Below are positions 18,183 through 28,089 of a stretch of 64,000 nt of DNA, one piece after another (within the stretch, counting starts at the first letter, position 1; each line of letters begins with the position of its first letter). A program made the translations under genes and the position numbers. Below the pieces are notes generated by a model. The model was not told where the DNA came from. It worked only from the letters and a program-made list of their open reading frames with translations, and did no database searches. This DNA comes from a virus: IMG/VR virus record IMGVR_UViG_3300023184_004167, positions 1-64,000 of that record; one strand, written 5' to 3'.

Positions 18183-19529
18183 TTATATATCTTTTAAATC
18201 CCACATTCCACTTCCGTAATCATCTCCAATTGCCTTAATTGATTCAGGGACAATTGCGTTTGGACTACCTTTAACATTAAGAAAACATAAATTTGGTAAA
18301 CTACCAACACACTCAGGTATATTAGTAAGTTTAGGATTGTTAACAAGTGCTAAGAATCTTAATTTTGTTAACTTACAAATAGAATCAGGTATTTTTTCAA
18401 CACAATTATCCAAATAAACCATTTTTAGATTTTTGAAATTACCAATGTTTTCTGGAATATTAATAATGATACCATTATTCTCTCTATTAGTAATTTGAAA
18501 TTCTTCAAGTGTTGGTGGTAAATTTACAAACAAATCATCTAATCCATAAAGAGCAATGAATTTACCTATTGCACCTCCTGTGAAACTATCAATCTTAAAT
18601 GACTCTCCTCCTGTTGTTAATCCTTTTGCAAACTCAGGTTTAAAATAATCTCTAAGTTCGGCCATTGGTCCAGTTAATAATTGAACCAAATCTTGTTGGT
18701 GGTCATGAACATCCATAAACTGATTGGATTGGAAATGGAACTGATATCTTTCCGATGGTAATCCACTACTCTCACCTCTTTTCCCTGAATATTCATTAGG
18801 TATAACAACATATAATGGGCCATCTTTAATATATCTATCAAACCATTGCAACCCTGGTGATGACGTACACCATCTTGTTTCACCTTTACTTGGTTCAAGG
18901 TAATTACCTCCATAGAAACAAGCCGCATCTTTACCCAATTTCCCTTTATCTGAAATCTCTACAACAGTCCACTTAGCACCTCTGAAAACAACTTTACCAC
19001 CGGGGTGCTCATATGTTTCAGAAGCAATTTTCTTTTCCTCTTTAGACGCTTTAGTTTTTTCCAAACTAAAATCTTTAACCAACTCATATAATTGTTGAGT
19101 AGTAAGTTTATTAATATCTCTACTTTCTTGAGGTAATCTATTTTTAAACCTATCAAACTTCTTCAAGTCTTCAGTAACTTTATATAAATCCTCTAAAAAT
19201 GTTTTCTGATTTTGTTTGAACTCACGCTCATATGTTGGATGTCCGTATTCTACTTCAGTAGGAACACTTAAATAATTTTTAATTAACCATTGAACGTAAT
19301 TTCCCGCCTTAACCCTATCAAAATCTTTTTTATCCGCAGTATCTAAGTCAACATCATTTAATCTTGTTGTCGGGTCACCCTTAACTAATTCATTATAAAC
19401 TTGTAAGCTTAATTTCGCTTTTTGTTTTTTACCTTCCTTATTTACAGTAGGCTTAGTTAAGTTGTCAAGTAATATTTCATATTTAGACGCTTCTAATATG
19501 ATTTTCTTTAAAATTTGTGTAAATTTCAT
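18183..19529 (-). CDS. Protein with 'CxYG..TxWCT' domain and C-terminal leucine-rich repeats
   Basis: AACFYGG...TRWCTS; LRRs 'IPENIGNFKNLKMVYL', 'IPDSICKLTKLRFLAL', 'IPECVGSLPNLCFLNV'. Confidence 0.8.
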   Translation of the reverse strand: MKFTQILKKIILEASKYEILLDNLTKPTVNKEGKKQKAKLSLQVYNELVKGDPTTRLNDVDLDTADKKDFDRVKAGNYVQWLIKNYLSVPTEVEYGHPTYEREFKQNQKTFLEDLYKVTEDLKKFDRFKNRLPQESRDINKLTTQQLYELVKDFSLEKTKASKEEKKIASETYEHPGGKVVFRGAKWTVVEISDKGKLGKDAACFYGGNYLEPSKGETRWCTSSPGLQWFDRYIKDGPLYVVIPNEYSGKRGESSGLPSERYQFHFQSNQFMDVHDHQQDLVQLLTGPMAELRDYFKPEFAKGLTTGGESFKIDSFTGGAIGKFIALYGLDDLFVNLPPTLEEFQITNRENNGIIINIPENIGNFKNLKMVYLDNCVEKIPDSICKLTKLRFLALVNNPKLTNIPECVGSLPNLCFLNVKGSPNAIVPESIKAIGDDYGSGMWDLKDI

Positions 19530-19574
19530 CTATTGATAATTTATTAATAAATATATTGATAAAGCAAAAATACA

Positions 19575-20414
19575 CTAATAATTTGTAATTAACAATTCTT
19601 CCGCTAAATTTTGTTTTACACCTTTTTTCGCCGCGGCCGCTTTGGCAAATGATTTTTTATGCCAATTATACACATTTTCAGGAAACCAAGTATGTAATTC
19701 AGGAAAATCATAATATGACATAGAAAACTTACCCTGAACTTGTTGTAAGACATTTGCTAATCTTTCATGGTCTGCTCTTCCAAAATCATGATTAGAATAA
19801 TAATTTTCAGTTTTATAGTATGGGGGGTCTAGATAGATATATGTCTTTTCTGAATCATATTTCTTGATAACATCCTCAAAGTCCATATTCTCAACATCCG
19901 TAATCTTAAGAAAGTGTTCAACCCAATCAGGCTTACTTAACTTATCCCTAAATGACAAATACTTACAGCGATACTTACCCTTTAAATCAATAAAGGAAGA
20001 TGTCTCAGGCTTACTACCACTAAACACCTGAGTTAATACATAAACATATTTAGCGGCAACTTGATAATCAGGATAGTTAATTGTAAAACCACTACCAAAC
20101 ACTTCTGATTGATACTCTTTAAATGTTTCTCTATATGTGTCAGGAGTTTGTATTGTTCCTATTTGTTGAACCTGTATTCCATCCAATGCTCTTTGCAGTT
20201 CGGACGGATTCTGAACACATCTGAATAGATTGTAATTTAGTGGATTAAAGTCATTATAAACAACTTTCTTTAGGTTTGGGTACTTGGATAAGTCCATATT
20301 ATAAAAACACCAGAACATACCTCCAAATGTCTCTAAATACACCTCCATATCTTGTGGATATAAATCCACAATCCATTTACCAATTTTTGATTTTCCTCCT
20401 ATATAACTTAACAT
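19575..20414 (-). CDS. DNA adenine methyltransferase (D12/Dam class)
   Basis: 'YIGGKS', 'ETFGG', 'YLDPPY', 'ELLITNY'. Confidence 0.9.
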   Translation of the reverse strand: MLSYIGGKSKIGKWIVDLYPQDMEVYLETFGGMFWCFYNMDLSKYPNLKKVVYNDFNPLNYNLFRCVQNPSELQRALDGIQVQQIGTIQTPDTYRETFKEYQSEVFGSGFTINYPDYQVAAKYVYVLTQVFSGSKPETSSFIDLKGKYRCKYLSFRDKLSKPDWVEHFLKITDVENMDFEDVIKKYDSEKTYIYLDPPYYKTENYYSNHDFGRADHERLANVLQQVQGKFSMSYYDFPELHTWFPENVYNWHKKSFAKAAAAKKGVKQNLAEELLITNY

Positions 20415-20487
20415 ATCTAATTATAACAAAAAAAATTAAAAAGAAAAATTATTTACAAGAATATTAATAACATTTATATTTAATATT

Positions 20488-20628
20488 ATGACAGAAAAAA
20501 AAGATTGTAAAACCTGCAAAAAACAAAAATTAAATCTACAAGACTGGTTAATGGTTATTGTTGGATTCTATATGTTATCAACATCTATCTATGGAACAAT
20601 CCATTTGATTAGACATTTTATGAATTAA
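20488..20628 (+). CDS. Small membrane protein with CxxC (46 aa, not in ORF track)
   Basis: MTEKKDCKTCKK followed by a hydrophobic helix; fills the gap between genes. Confidence 0.55.
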   Translation: MTEKKDCKTCKKQKLNLQDWLMVIVGFYMLSTSIYGTIHLIRHFMN

Positions 20629-21542
20629 TTTCGTTCAAACTTTACATTAAGTTTGACATACATATCCCCACCATTGTACCCCTTACCTTTTAATCTCAAA
20701 GGTTTGGAACTATCAAATATTTTTGGTGCCTGAGTATTTAAATCCCCACTAGGATGTGGGATTCTAAAAGAATCACTTTTAACTTCATCCAGATTTAAAA
20801 ACAAATTATAAATCAAATCATTATTCATTTTTTCATACCCGTCTTTAGGTTCCACCTCAACTTGAATAACCAAATCCCCATAAACACCATTAACAAAATC
20901 ACCATAATTTTCAAGTTTCATATACTGCCCATTATCAATACCCACAGGTAATTTTATATTTATCTCTTGAGTCTCAGATTTTTTTCCACTACCAGAACAA
21001 AAATAACATTTATGTATCAATGTATATCCTCTACCACTACAAATATCACAAGCAGTTCTAATCTGTTGAACCATAAACCCAGTTCCAAATTGTTTAACAA
21101 TATATCCTGAACCGCCACATCCACCACACTTTTGTTGCTCACCACCAGAACCATTACACCCCTGACATTGACTTTCTTTAAAATAAGTTATTTTTTTCTC
21201 TGAACCCAAATAAGATTCAATTGGACTAATGTTAACTTTAACTATTTTTGCCGGTGCTGTTGGTTGTCTCCTTTGTTGAAAGGGATTCTGTCCCCCAAAC
21301 ATTTGTGAGAATATATCTTCAAACTGAGTACCACCATAAGGATTCTTTCTCTGTTTATCATATTGAGCCCTTTTGTTTGTGTCAGATAACACCTCAAACG
21401 CCTCAGCAATATCTTTAAATTTTTCCTCCCCATCAGGATTAACATCGGGGTGAAACTCCTTTGATAACTTCCTATATTGTTTTTTTATGTCCTCGGAGGT
21501 AGAAGACTCTTCAATTCCTAAAATATTGTAGTAATTTTTCAT
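20625..21542 (-). CDS. dnaJ: DnaJ chaperone
   Basis: J domain with HPD, four CxxCxGxG repeats, C-terminal domain. Confidence 0.95.
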   Translation of the reverse strand: MKNYYNILGIEESSTSEDIKKQYRKLSKEFHPDVNPDGEEKFKDIAEAFEVLSDTNKRAQYDKQRKNPYGGTQFEDIFSQMFGGQNPFQQRRQPTAPAKIVKVNISPIESYLGSEKKITYFKESQCQGCNGSGGEQQKCGGCGGSGYIVKQFGTGFMVQQIRTACDICSGRGYTLIHKCYFCSGSGKKSETQEINIKLPVGIDNGQYMKLENYGDFVNGVYGDLVIQVEVEPKDGYEKMNNDLIYNLFLNLDEVKSDSFRIPHPSGDLNTQAPKIFDSSKPLRLKGKGYNGGDMYVKLNVKFERN

Positions 21543-21543
21543 T

Positions 21544-22188
21544 ATGGAAAATTTTCTTGTTGTTTTGTTTAAAAATAAAAATAAAAAAAGAATAATAAAT
21601 AAATTTATTACTTATAAAAAAGCACATAGGTTTTTTATCAATTTAAAAAATAAAAGTGATAATGTCATCTTTAATAAAGAAATTCAAAATGGACGTGATT
21701 CAAATTTTGAACTTGGGTTAGTAGAATTAAGTTCAAAACAATTATTTCCGATTTATATGACAGATGAAATGGGGCGGAACATTAAGGTTAAACTTGATGA
21801 CGCCAATATGACATTAGTTGAAATTATCCCCTACAAGATAGAAGAAAAAATCTTTGATATTCAGAAAAACACCAGAATTGAAACCGAAACTTTAATAAAG
21901 AACTATCTTAAAGGTGATGGAGTTAAAATGATATCAACATTGAACAATAAAATTATTATTCAAATAAATGAAAATGTATTTTTATTCTCTTTGAAATCAG
22001 AAATGGAATCTGGAAGATTTATTGATTGCTTAACCAAGCATTTTTTTAGAAATAAAAGAAGTGATTGTATCTTTGTTAAAGATTATTCATCAGCACAAAG
22101 AAAATATTTATTTGAAATTCTTGAAGAAAAAGGTATTGATAAGAAAATGTTATATAGAAAATTTACAACATATCCTCGTTCAAAATAA
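21544..22188 (+). CDS. Hypothetical protein
   Basis: 214 aa ORF. Confidence 0.75.
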   Translation: MENFLVVLFKNKNKKRIINKFITYKKAHRFFINLKNKSDNVIFNKEIQNGRDSNFELGLVELSSKQLFPIYMTDEMGRNIKVKLDDANMTLVEIIPYKIEEKIFDIQKNTRIETETLIKNYLKGDGVKMISTLNNKIIIQINENVFLFSLKSEMESGRFIDCLTKHFFRNKRSDCIFVKDYSSAQRKYLFEILEEKGIDKKMLYRKFTTYPRSK

Positions 22189-22393
22189 ATAAGAAGTCAG
22201 TACCTGACATATCTATGGTGAATTGTTTGTGGTGTCTATCCACCTCTCTGAAGTTGTTTAAAATCTTAATATACTCTTCCCTATTCAATTCTAAAATAAC
22301 GGAAGACTTACCTCTAAACATAGTTTGAAGCGATTCAGTAATTAAAGCTAATTTCTCTAATTCCCCCAAATCAGTATTCTTATTCTCTGCCAT
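22163..22393 (-). CDS. Hypothetical protein
   Basis: ORF in operon. Confidence 0.65.
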   Translation of the reverse strand: MAENKNTDLGELEKLALITESLQTMFRGKSSVILELNREEYIKILNNFREVDRHHKQFTIDMSGTDFLFILNEDML

Positions 22394-22560
22394 AAACTTA
22401 TTTTTTCTATTACCTCTTCTTTTTTAAATAATTCTTCTTTCTTCAACCCTTTAATCTCTTTAAGAAATTTATTCTTAGCCGAAGTTATTTCCAAATTATC
22501 TTTAGTTCGCTCATTCTGAAACCAGTTCAGTATCTGCTGTTTCTTGTCTGTCTGTCCCAT
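22357..22560 (-). CDS. Hypothetical protein
   Basis: ORF in operon. Confidence 0.55.
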   Translation of the reverse strand: MGQTDKKQQILNWFQNERTKDNLEITSAKNKFLKEIKGLKKEELFKKEEVIEKISLWQRIRILIWGN

Positions 22561-22960
22561 TGCCTAATAAAGTTTCACTATACTCCGATTCAAAATCAAA
22601 ATATAATTTTTGAAGTTTATCCAAATCAGTTTTTTCAAAAGTTGTTTTTAACTTATCTACAGTATCTTTAAATAACCTCTCTTTTAATTCCCTCTCCTTA
22701 TTAAGGCTAATGATTTTTAATACCTTAGATAGAGTAAAATTGATATCAGGCTCATCCATCTTACTAACAAACGACAACCCTTTAAAATTCTCAACCCCAA
22801 CCTCATAAGGTATTATCTGACACTCATCCATCACACTTTTAGGTAAACTCCATTTCATTGGAAATTTCATATCAAAACTTAAATATGATTCAAGTTTTCT
22901 AACTGAATGGATATAATCCATAAAAGGTAATATTTCTTTATAAAAACTCATTTTTGACAA
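22511..22960 (-). CDS. Hypothetical protein
   Basis: ORF in operon. Confidence 0.7.
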   Translation of the reverse strand: MSKMSFYKEILPFMDYIHSVRKLESYLSFDMKFPMKWSLPKSVMDECQIIPYEVGVENFKGLSFVSKMDEPDINFTLSKVLKIISLNKERELKERLFKDTVDKLKTTFEKTDLDKLQKLYFDFESEYSETLLGNGTDRQETADTELVSE

Positions 22961-23136
22961 ATATAGGTTAAAATATAACTGATTGATGCTCCTAATAAAA
23001 TTAGCTCCCTGTTGCTAAATAACAACACTCTTGGTTCTTTTTGCAACAGGGCGCCTAAAAATTTAGTTAAACTTTTTAGAAAGATTAAACTTGTAAAAAC
23101 AAGTAGAAAGAAAAATAAACTTCCAATACTATTCAT
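22948..23136 (-). CDS. Small two-TM membrane protein
   Basis: Two hydrophobic segments. Confidence 0.6.
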   Translation of the reverse strand: MNSIGSLFFFLLVFTSLIFLKSLTKFLGALLQKEPRVLLFSNRELILLGASISYILTYICQK

Positions 23137-23311
23137 TTTCTGTTGTCTTTCTGTTTTCCAAGATTTCTCCCCTTAATTTTTGTAAAAGAGCTTTCAACTC
23201 CTGAGCAGATTTTCTTGCTCTTGTTCCAGCACTTTTATTACCCTGATAGAACTTAGTTGCGTCCGCAGAAAGGGTTTCTGTTAAAATTTTAATTTGTTCT
23301 AATGTTTCCAT
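23129..23311 (-). CDS. Histone H1-like (Hc1) protein
   Basis: 'DATKF..GNKSAGTRARK....LK..L..LR'. Confidence 0.8.
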   Translation of the reverse strand: METLEQIKILTETLSADATKFYQGNKSAGTRARKSAQELKALLQKLRGEILENRKTTENE

Positions 23312-23373
23312 TTTAATATGTTTTTTTTTAAATCTAATTTTTATTTTCTATTGTGTAAATAGAAATTATAATT

Positions 23374-23832
23374 TTATTCAATGTTTTTTTGTAATAAACT
23401 ATATAACTCAGTCAAGATATCCAAATCAGACTTACTGAATGGCTTATCCAAACCAAAAACATCCTCCAAAAAGGTGGGAATAGCAAGCTTAATGTTTTTT
23501 TCTAAAGGATTGTAAAATGTGTCTAAAAAAAATGATTTTAAATAATTCTTATGTTGCCCATCCTTGTTAATGATAATATTTTCTTTTCTGAAATGTTCTA
23601 TCAATTTATTCCAACACCAATCAAAATGAGATGCATTATCTTCTTCAGACAAAGAAATCCTAGTTTCAACATCATCACTACCCAAATATGTATCCACAAC
23701 TATCTGATACAATGACTTAAAAATATCACCGCACAACTCAATCATCTCATAATTCATATTATGAACATTGAACCAAACAATCACTTCGTCACTAGGTACA
23801 GGTTTTGACATCCAATTAAAAAAATTATCCAT
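23374..23832 (-). CDS. Hypothetical protein
   Basis: 152 aa ORF; a TATCCATAGA/TCTATGGATA hairpin covers its start codon. Confidence 0.75.
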   Translation of the reverse strand: MDNFFNWMSKPVPSDEVIVWFNVHNMNYEMIELCGDIFKSLYQIVVDTYLGSDDVETRISLSEEDNASHFDWCWNKLIEHFRKENIIINKDGQHKNYLKSFFLDTFYNPLEKNIKLAIPTFLEDVFGLDKPFSKSDLDILTELYSLLQKNIE

Positions 23833-23880
23833 AGAGTTTATCTATGGATAATATAACAAAAGGTTTTTAAATGTGAATTT

Positions 23881-25290
23881 TTATTGTGTCTTTCTATTGT
23901 ATGAAATTAAATTTTTCATTTTATTCATATCTTCAGAAATAATTTTTTCTTTTTTTATTTCGGATTCTTCAACTTTATCCATAACTTTTTGAGCTTTACT
24001 AGCCTTAGATTTTAAAGTACCTGAACCCTTTTTTTCTCCCGCCATATCAACAGGTTGTGGATATCTCTTATATGAAACTTCCATTTGTTCCGCACCATAT
24101 AAATTATCATCATAGTTCTTTTTAAACCTATCACCAACTTTACTCGGAACAACATTACCTAATGGTTTACCATCTTTATCAACAACAGCATTACCTGTCT
24201 TAGAATTACCCTTTAAATACATATCAATTTTATCATCCTCAGGTTTAATCTCATCATAAACTAAATTAGTCATACCAGGATATGCAAAAGCCTCAATATA
24301 TTCATCAACCGCATCTGATGCTTGATACGCCTTAATATCATCTTTTTTATTTTCCCCATTTCCTTGAGGAAATTTAGTAGGATTCGCATCATACGCCCCT
24401 TCTGAACCCCTTTTAAGATAATCTTTCATTTTTTTAGTTACAGATGAAATATAGTCATCATTTTCTTTTTTACTTTTAGCCAAAACTTTTTCAGTTTTTG
24501 CCAAACCTGATGTATATTTTTTACCGATAGTATCTTTAACTTTCCCAACTAATTTTGAAACTGTTATATTTTCTTCTTTTTTCTTTTTTTGTTCCATAAC
24601 AATACCTTCAATCATATCAACAAGTTCACTTTCAGTTAAACTTAAATTGTTACTTTCTTTAACATTATATTTCTCACCATCAACTTCAAAACTATCTTTA
24701 TGTTGTTTTCTCGCCTTATTTAATTCACCTGAGAATTTATTACCTTCTTCCATTTCTTCACCATGATGCATTTTACCATTTTTTTGATGATATTTTGGAT
24801 ATCCTTTTTCATTTGTTTTACTATTTTTCATCCATTTTTCAAATCTATTTTGCCAATCATTCATATATTCTTCATCATCAAATCTAGTATTGTCTAAAGG
24901 TTCCATTCCAAAATCAGTTTCTTTTCTTTTATTTTTTTTATTTTTTATATAATCAACTAACGGTCCTTTTGTAAAAAAATCATGCCATTTTTCACCTGGT
25001 TTACTTGGTTTATCATGGTGAACTAAATGAGAAAGAAAACTATCAGTCATATTATCATCTTTACGTGGTTCATCCATTTCTTCCGAAGATTCATCAACTT
25101 CTTTCTTAGATGATTTTTTTTGTCCTAATTTTTTAAAATCAGCCGCGGTTAATTTACCTTTAGGTTTTGCAACATCTAACTTACTTTGTCCACCCTTAAG
25201 TTGTTCCATAACAGAACTAACTTTTTTATTTATTTCCTCGTTCAATATTTTATCAACGAGACCATCTATTTTGTTTTGAAAATTATCCAT
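23881..25290 (-). CDS. Charged protein, putative prohead core/internal protein
   Basis: Low-complexity, many (I/L/V)xE sites, internal 'LTESELVDMIEGIVMEQ'; TATTTAT upstream. Confidence 0.55.
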   Translation of the reverse strand: MDNFQNKIDGLVDKILNEEINKKVSSVMEQLKGGQSKLDVAKPKGKLTAADFKKLGQKKSSKKEVDESSEEMDEPRKDDNMTDSFLSHLVHHDKPSKPGEKWHDFFTKGPLVDYIKNKKNKRKETDFGMEPLDNTRFDDEEYMNDWQNRFEKWMKNSKTNEKGYPKYHQKNGKMHHGEEMEEGNKFSGELNKARKQHKDSFEVDGEKYNVKESNNLSLTESELVDMIEGIVMEQKKKKEENITVSKLVGKVKDTIGKKYTSGLAKTEKVLAKSKKENDDYISSVTKKMKDYLKRGSEGAYDANPTKFPQGNGENKKDDIKAYQASDAVDEYIEAFAYPGMTNLVYDEIKPEDDKIDMYLKGNSKTGNAVVDKDGKPLGNVVPSKVGDRFKKNYDDNLYGAEQMEVSYKRYPQPVDMAGEKKGSGTLKSKASKAQKVMDKVEESEIKKEKIISEDMNKMKNLISYNRKTQ

Positions 25291-25301
25291 TTTGTTTTTT
25301 A

Positions 25302-25991
25302 TTATAAATATCTTAGTTTATTTGTTTTTTCATATTCATAATCTAAAATCGCTTTAATCATATTCTCATTAATATTAAGTTTTTTTGAAACTTCTAAGAT
25401 TGCTTCTTTAACACTCTCATTTTTAAAGATATTAAGAGCATTTATATCACCTTGATTACAATATGGGAATTTTTTACATTTCTTCTTAACCGAAACAAAT
25501 GACCCTCCAGGTATTTGAGTTTTTGATTTTCCTCTCCAATCTTTAGCCTTTGTTGTTTTTGCCCAAGCAGCAGGAGTTGAATATCCACCGACTGAGCCTG
25601 AGCCTGTCGCTTCTTTGGTTTCCATCTTCTTAGTTTCAGCATGACTTTTTCTAACGAAATCACTATCCGCAAACGCTACAGGAGCTTCAAAATTTTCTTC
25701 TTCACCAAATAAAGGAGCGTCATAAGCACCTACTCCACCACCTGAACCAGTTGCTTCACCAGCTTCAATTTTCTTTTTCTTTCCTTGACAATGAGCTTTC
25801 TGGCTGAACCCTTTTGGATTACTACAATTAATACTTTTTTTGTATTTTTCACTCCATTCTTCTTTCATCTCATCATCTTCAACCATATCCTGGTATTTCA
25901 TATTATCCATCATAGTATCAGTATTTAAACTTGATAATGAACTAAAAGATTTATTTAATGCCGTTTTCCAAATATCCTTAGATTTTTCCAT
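25302..25991 (-). CDS. Hypothetical protein with 'WSEKYKKSINCSNPKGFSQKAHC' phage motif
   Basis: Motif recalled from T4-like and other large phages; duplicated EATGSG. Confidence 0.7.
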   Translation of the reverse strand: MEKSKDIWKTALNKSFSSLSSLNTDTMMDNMKYQDMVEDDEMKEEWSEKYKKSINCSNPKGFSQKAHCQGKKKKIEAGEATGSGGGVGAYDAPLFGEEENFEAPVAFADSDFVRKSHAETKKMETKEATGSGSVGGYSTPAAWAKTTKAKDWRGKSKTQIPGGSFVSVKKKCKKFPYCNQGDINALNIFKNESVKEAILEVSKKLNINENMIKAILDYEYEKTNKLRYL

Positions 25992-25992
25992 A

Positions 25993-26238
25993 TTATGCGT
26001 TTTTTAATCTTGGTTCCCAATAACTTCGGTTCATCCACATAAATTGATAAAATTCACGAAACATTCTTAACGCTATTTCCTTAACCTCACCTTCTAACTT
26101 ACCACGCTTAACATCTCTAACAATTTTATCCATAAATTTATCTTCAAATTGTTTAATTGTGTTTGCATCCATAAAACTTTTTATTTCTTTACGAATAACA
26201 ACTTCTATTTCTTTTAACTCTGAATTTGTAAGTGCCAT
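25993..26238 (-). CDS. Hypothetical protein
   Basis: ORF in operon. Confidence 0.7.
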   Translation of the reverse strand: MALTNSELKEIEVVIRKEIKSFMDANTIKQFEDKFMDKIVRDVKRGKLEGEVKEIALRMFREFYQFMWMNRSYWEPRLKNA

Positions 26239-26648
26239 TATTTTATAATTAAAAAATAAGTTAATGTTATTATAACTATAAAAGAAAGAACTTTATTAAA
26301 AGAATTTTTCTTCTTTTCTTTTTTAAACATAGTTTCAACCTGTTTTGTATGTTCTTCTAATATACCATAAGCATACCTTTGATTGTCTATTACATTTAAA
26401 TAATTCTTCCCTTCTCCTGTAAGTTTACTAATTATACTATCTTTTATAGATATTTTATTTTCCACCTCATCTAATTGAGTTGTTGTTAATTTAAGTTCAA
26501 CCTTCGCTTGGTCACCACTAATTAAATCTTTCGCAATCAGTTTAAGAATTGGAACTGGAATACATTTAGTAGGTACTACCGTATCTTTTTGAGAAAAGGC
26601 TGTCAAGCTCAGCGTCGTTATAATTATTAACAGCATTAATTTTTTCAT
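26238..26648 (-). CDS. Membrane-anchored coiled-coil protein (spanin-like candidate)
   Basis: Signal peptide, coiled coil, C-terminal TM; overlaps the upstream gene. Confidence 0.5.
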   Translation of the reverse strand: MKKLMLLIIITTLSLTAFSQKDTVVPTKCIPVPILKLIAKDLISGDQAKVELKLTTTQLDEVENKISIKDSIISKLTGEGKNYLNVIDNQRYAYGILEEHTKQVETMFKKEKKKNSFNKVLSFIVIITLTYFLIIK

Positions 26649-26967
26649 GGTATATTTGTTTTATTGTTATTTTTTCTTGTTTGATATTTGAAATACGCAC
26701 ATCTATTTCTGCTAAAGCCTCATTTAAAGTTTTAACCTCTAAATAAAGAATTTCTTGTTTTTTCTCAATAGTCTCAATTACATTATTAAGTGAATCAATT
26801 TTTCTTTTTGATTCCATACTAATTGTTTGATTACCACGATTAGGTTTTAACACTTGCACAATAATATATAATAAAGCTCCCGCAATTATTAACTTAAAAA
26901 TAAGATTAAGAATACTTACTGTGTTACTTCCTTTGTTTTCTTTCGTGATGCTACTATCTTTGACCAT
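26566..26967 (-). CDS. N-terminal TM coiled-coil protein (i-spanin-like candidate)
   Basis: TM plus long coiled coil; true start uncertain. Confidence 0.5.
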   Translation of the reverse strand: MVKDSSITKENKGSNTVSILNLIFKLIIAGALLYIIVQVLKPNRGNQTISMESKRKIDSLNNVIETIEKKQEILYLEVKTLNEALAEIDVRISNIKQEKITIKQIYHEKINAVNNYNDAELDSLFSKRYGSTY

Positions 26968-27497
26968 TTTGATTTAAATTTTTCGTAGAATTTTTGTAAT
27001 TTATTAATCATATCCAAGAAATCCGGGTCTACTTTAACCGCATTTCCGTTGATGTAGATACCATTGTTCTCTCCAATTGTAAATATGAAATCCATATCTT
27101 GGTCAACAATTTTGCCAGACCATTCAACATTATTAGTATAAACATTTAATTCGTTAAAATCAACTAAGTCAGAAACTTCATCAATAAACTCATCCATTGT
27201 TTCTTGGAAAGCCAATTTATCATCCGTAGTGATTTGTAATTTATCTCTTTCTTTTCCGTGTAAAGCTAAAATACCACCAGATATTCTATATTTCTGAACT
27301 TTATCATCAGGTACTTCCTCTTCCTTTGATGCATCCCCGTTAGGATTATCTGCTGTCTGATATTCAGTATCTCTATCTATTCTATTTTCAATACTTTTAC
27401 CAATATTAATTCTATTGTCAGTTTGTTCATTTAGATATCTTGATTTATTAATCAAGGATTTTATTTCATCATATCTTTCGTCATTGTATCTGCTCAT
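26916..27497 (-). CDS. Hypothetical protein
   Basis: 193 aa ORF. Confidence 0.75.
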   Translation of the reverse strand: MSRYNDERYDEIKSLINKSRYLNEQTDNRINIGKSIENRIDRDTEYQTADNPNGDASKEEEVPDDKVQKYRISGGILALHGKERDKLQITTDDKLAFQETMDEFIDEVSDLVDFNELNVYTNNVEWSGKIVDQDMDFIFTIGENNGIYINGNAVKVDPDFLDMINKLQKFYEKFKSKWSKIVASRKKTKEVTQ

Positions 27498-28089
27498 ATT
27501 CTATTTTTTTTAAAAATTTTTCAAAATTAAATGATGGACTTAAGTCCGTGAACCTTGAGTCATAATTACTTCTTGAGACAATACCTTCAAACTTTTTTAT
27601 TCCATCCATTTTTGTGTTGTGTCCTGAACATTTTTTTTCAATTAAAAAATCATCACACAATTTATTACATAAATAAACTAAATTTTCAATCTGAATATCG
27701 GTATATGGTTCCCAAAAAAAATAATCTCTCCATTTTTTTTCGTAAGGTTCTTCATTATAAATATTACCTTTCCAGTTAATATATTGATTTGATAAAGGTT
27801 TCTTTTCTATCCAACCTAAATTCTCTAAAGATATTATAATAGAATTACGATTTATCCCATCATCATCAAAAAATTTAGTATATCCTGTATCTATAATTAA
27901 TTGTATAATATCCCCACCTCTTGTTATAACATAATTGGGAATCTTATCATACTTCTCATTATACCTAAATTTAAGGGATGTTAAGTATTCCTCAACATCC
28001 CTAGAAGTATGTGTCAATATTATTTGTTTCTTCCCTCTGTATCTACCAAAAGGTTTAAACTCACTATATTGTATTATATTAGCTATCAC
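27481..28089 (-). CDS. N-acetylmuramoyl-L-alanine amidase (Amidase_2) fold protein, zinc ligands altered
   Basis: 'IILTHT', 'YVITRGGDIIQ', 'NRNSIIISLE', 'YTDIQIENL..L...L', 'TDLSP.F'. Confidence 0.75.
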   Translation of the reverse strand: MIANIIQYSEFKPFGRYRGKKQIILTHTSRDVEEYLTSLKFRYNEKYDKIPNYVITRGGDIIQLIIDTGYTKFFDDDGINRNSIIISLENLGWIEKKPLSNQYINWKGNIYNEEPYEKKWRDYFFWEPYTDIQIENLVYLCNKLCDDFLIEKKCSGHNTKMDGIKKFEGIVSRSNYDSRFTDLSPSFNFEKFLKKIEYEQIQ

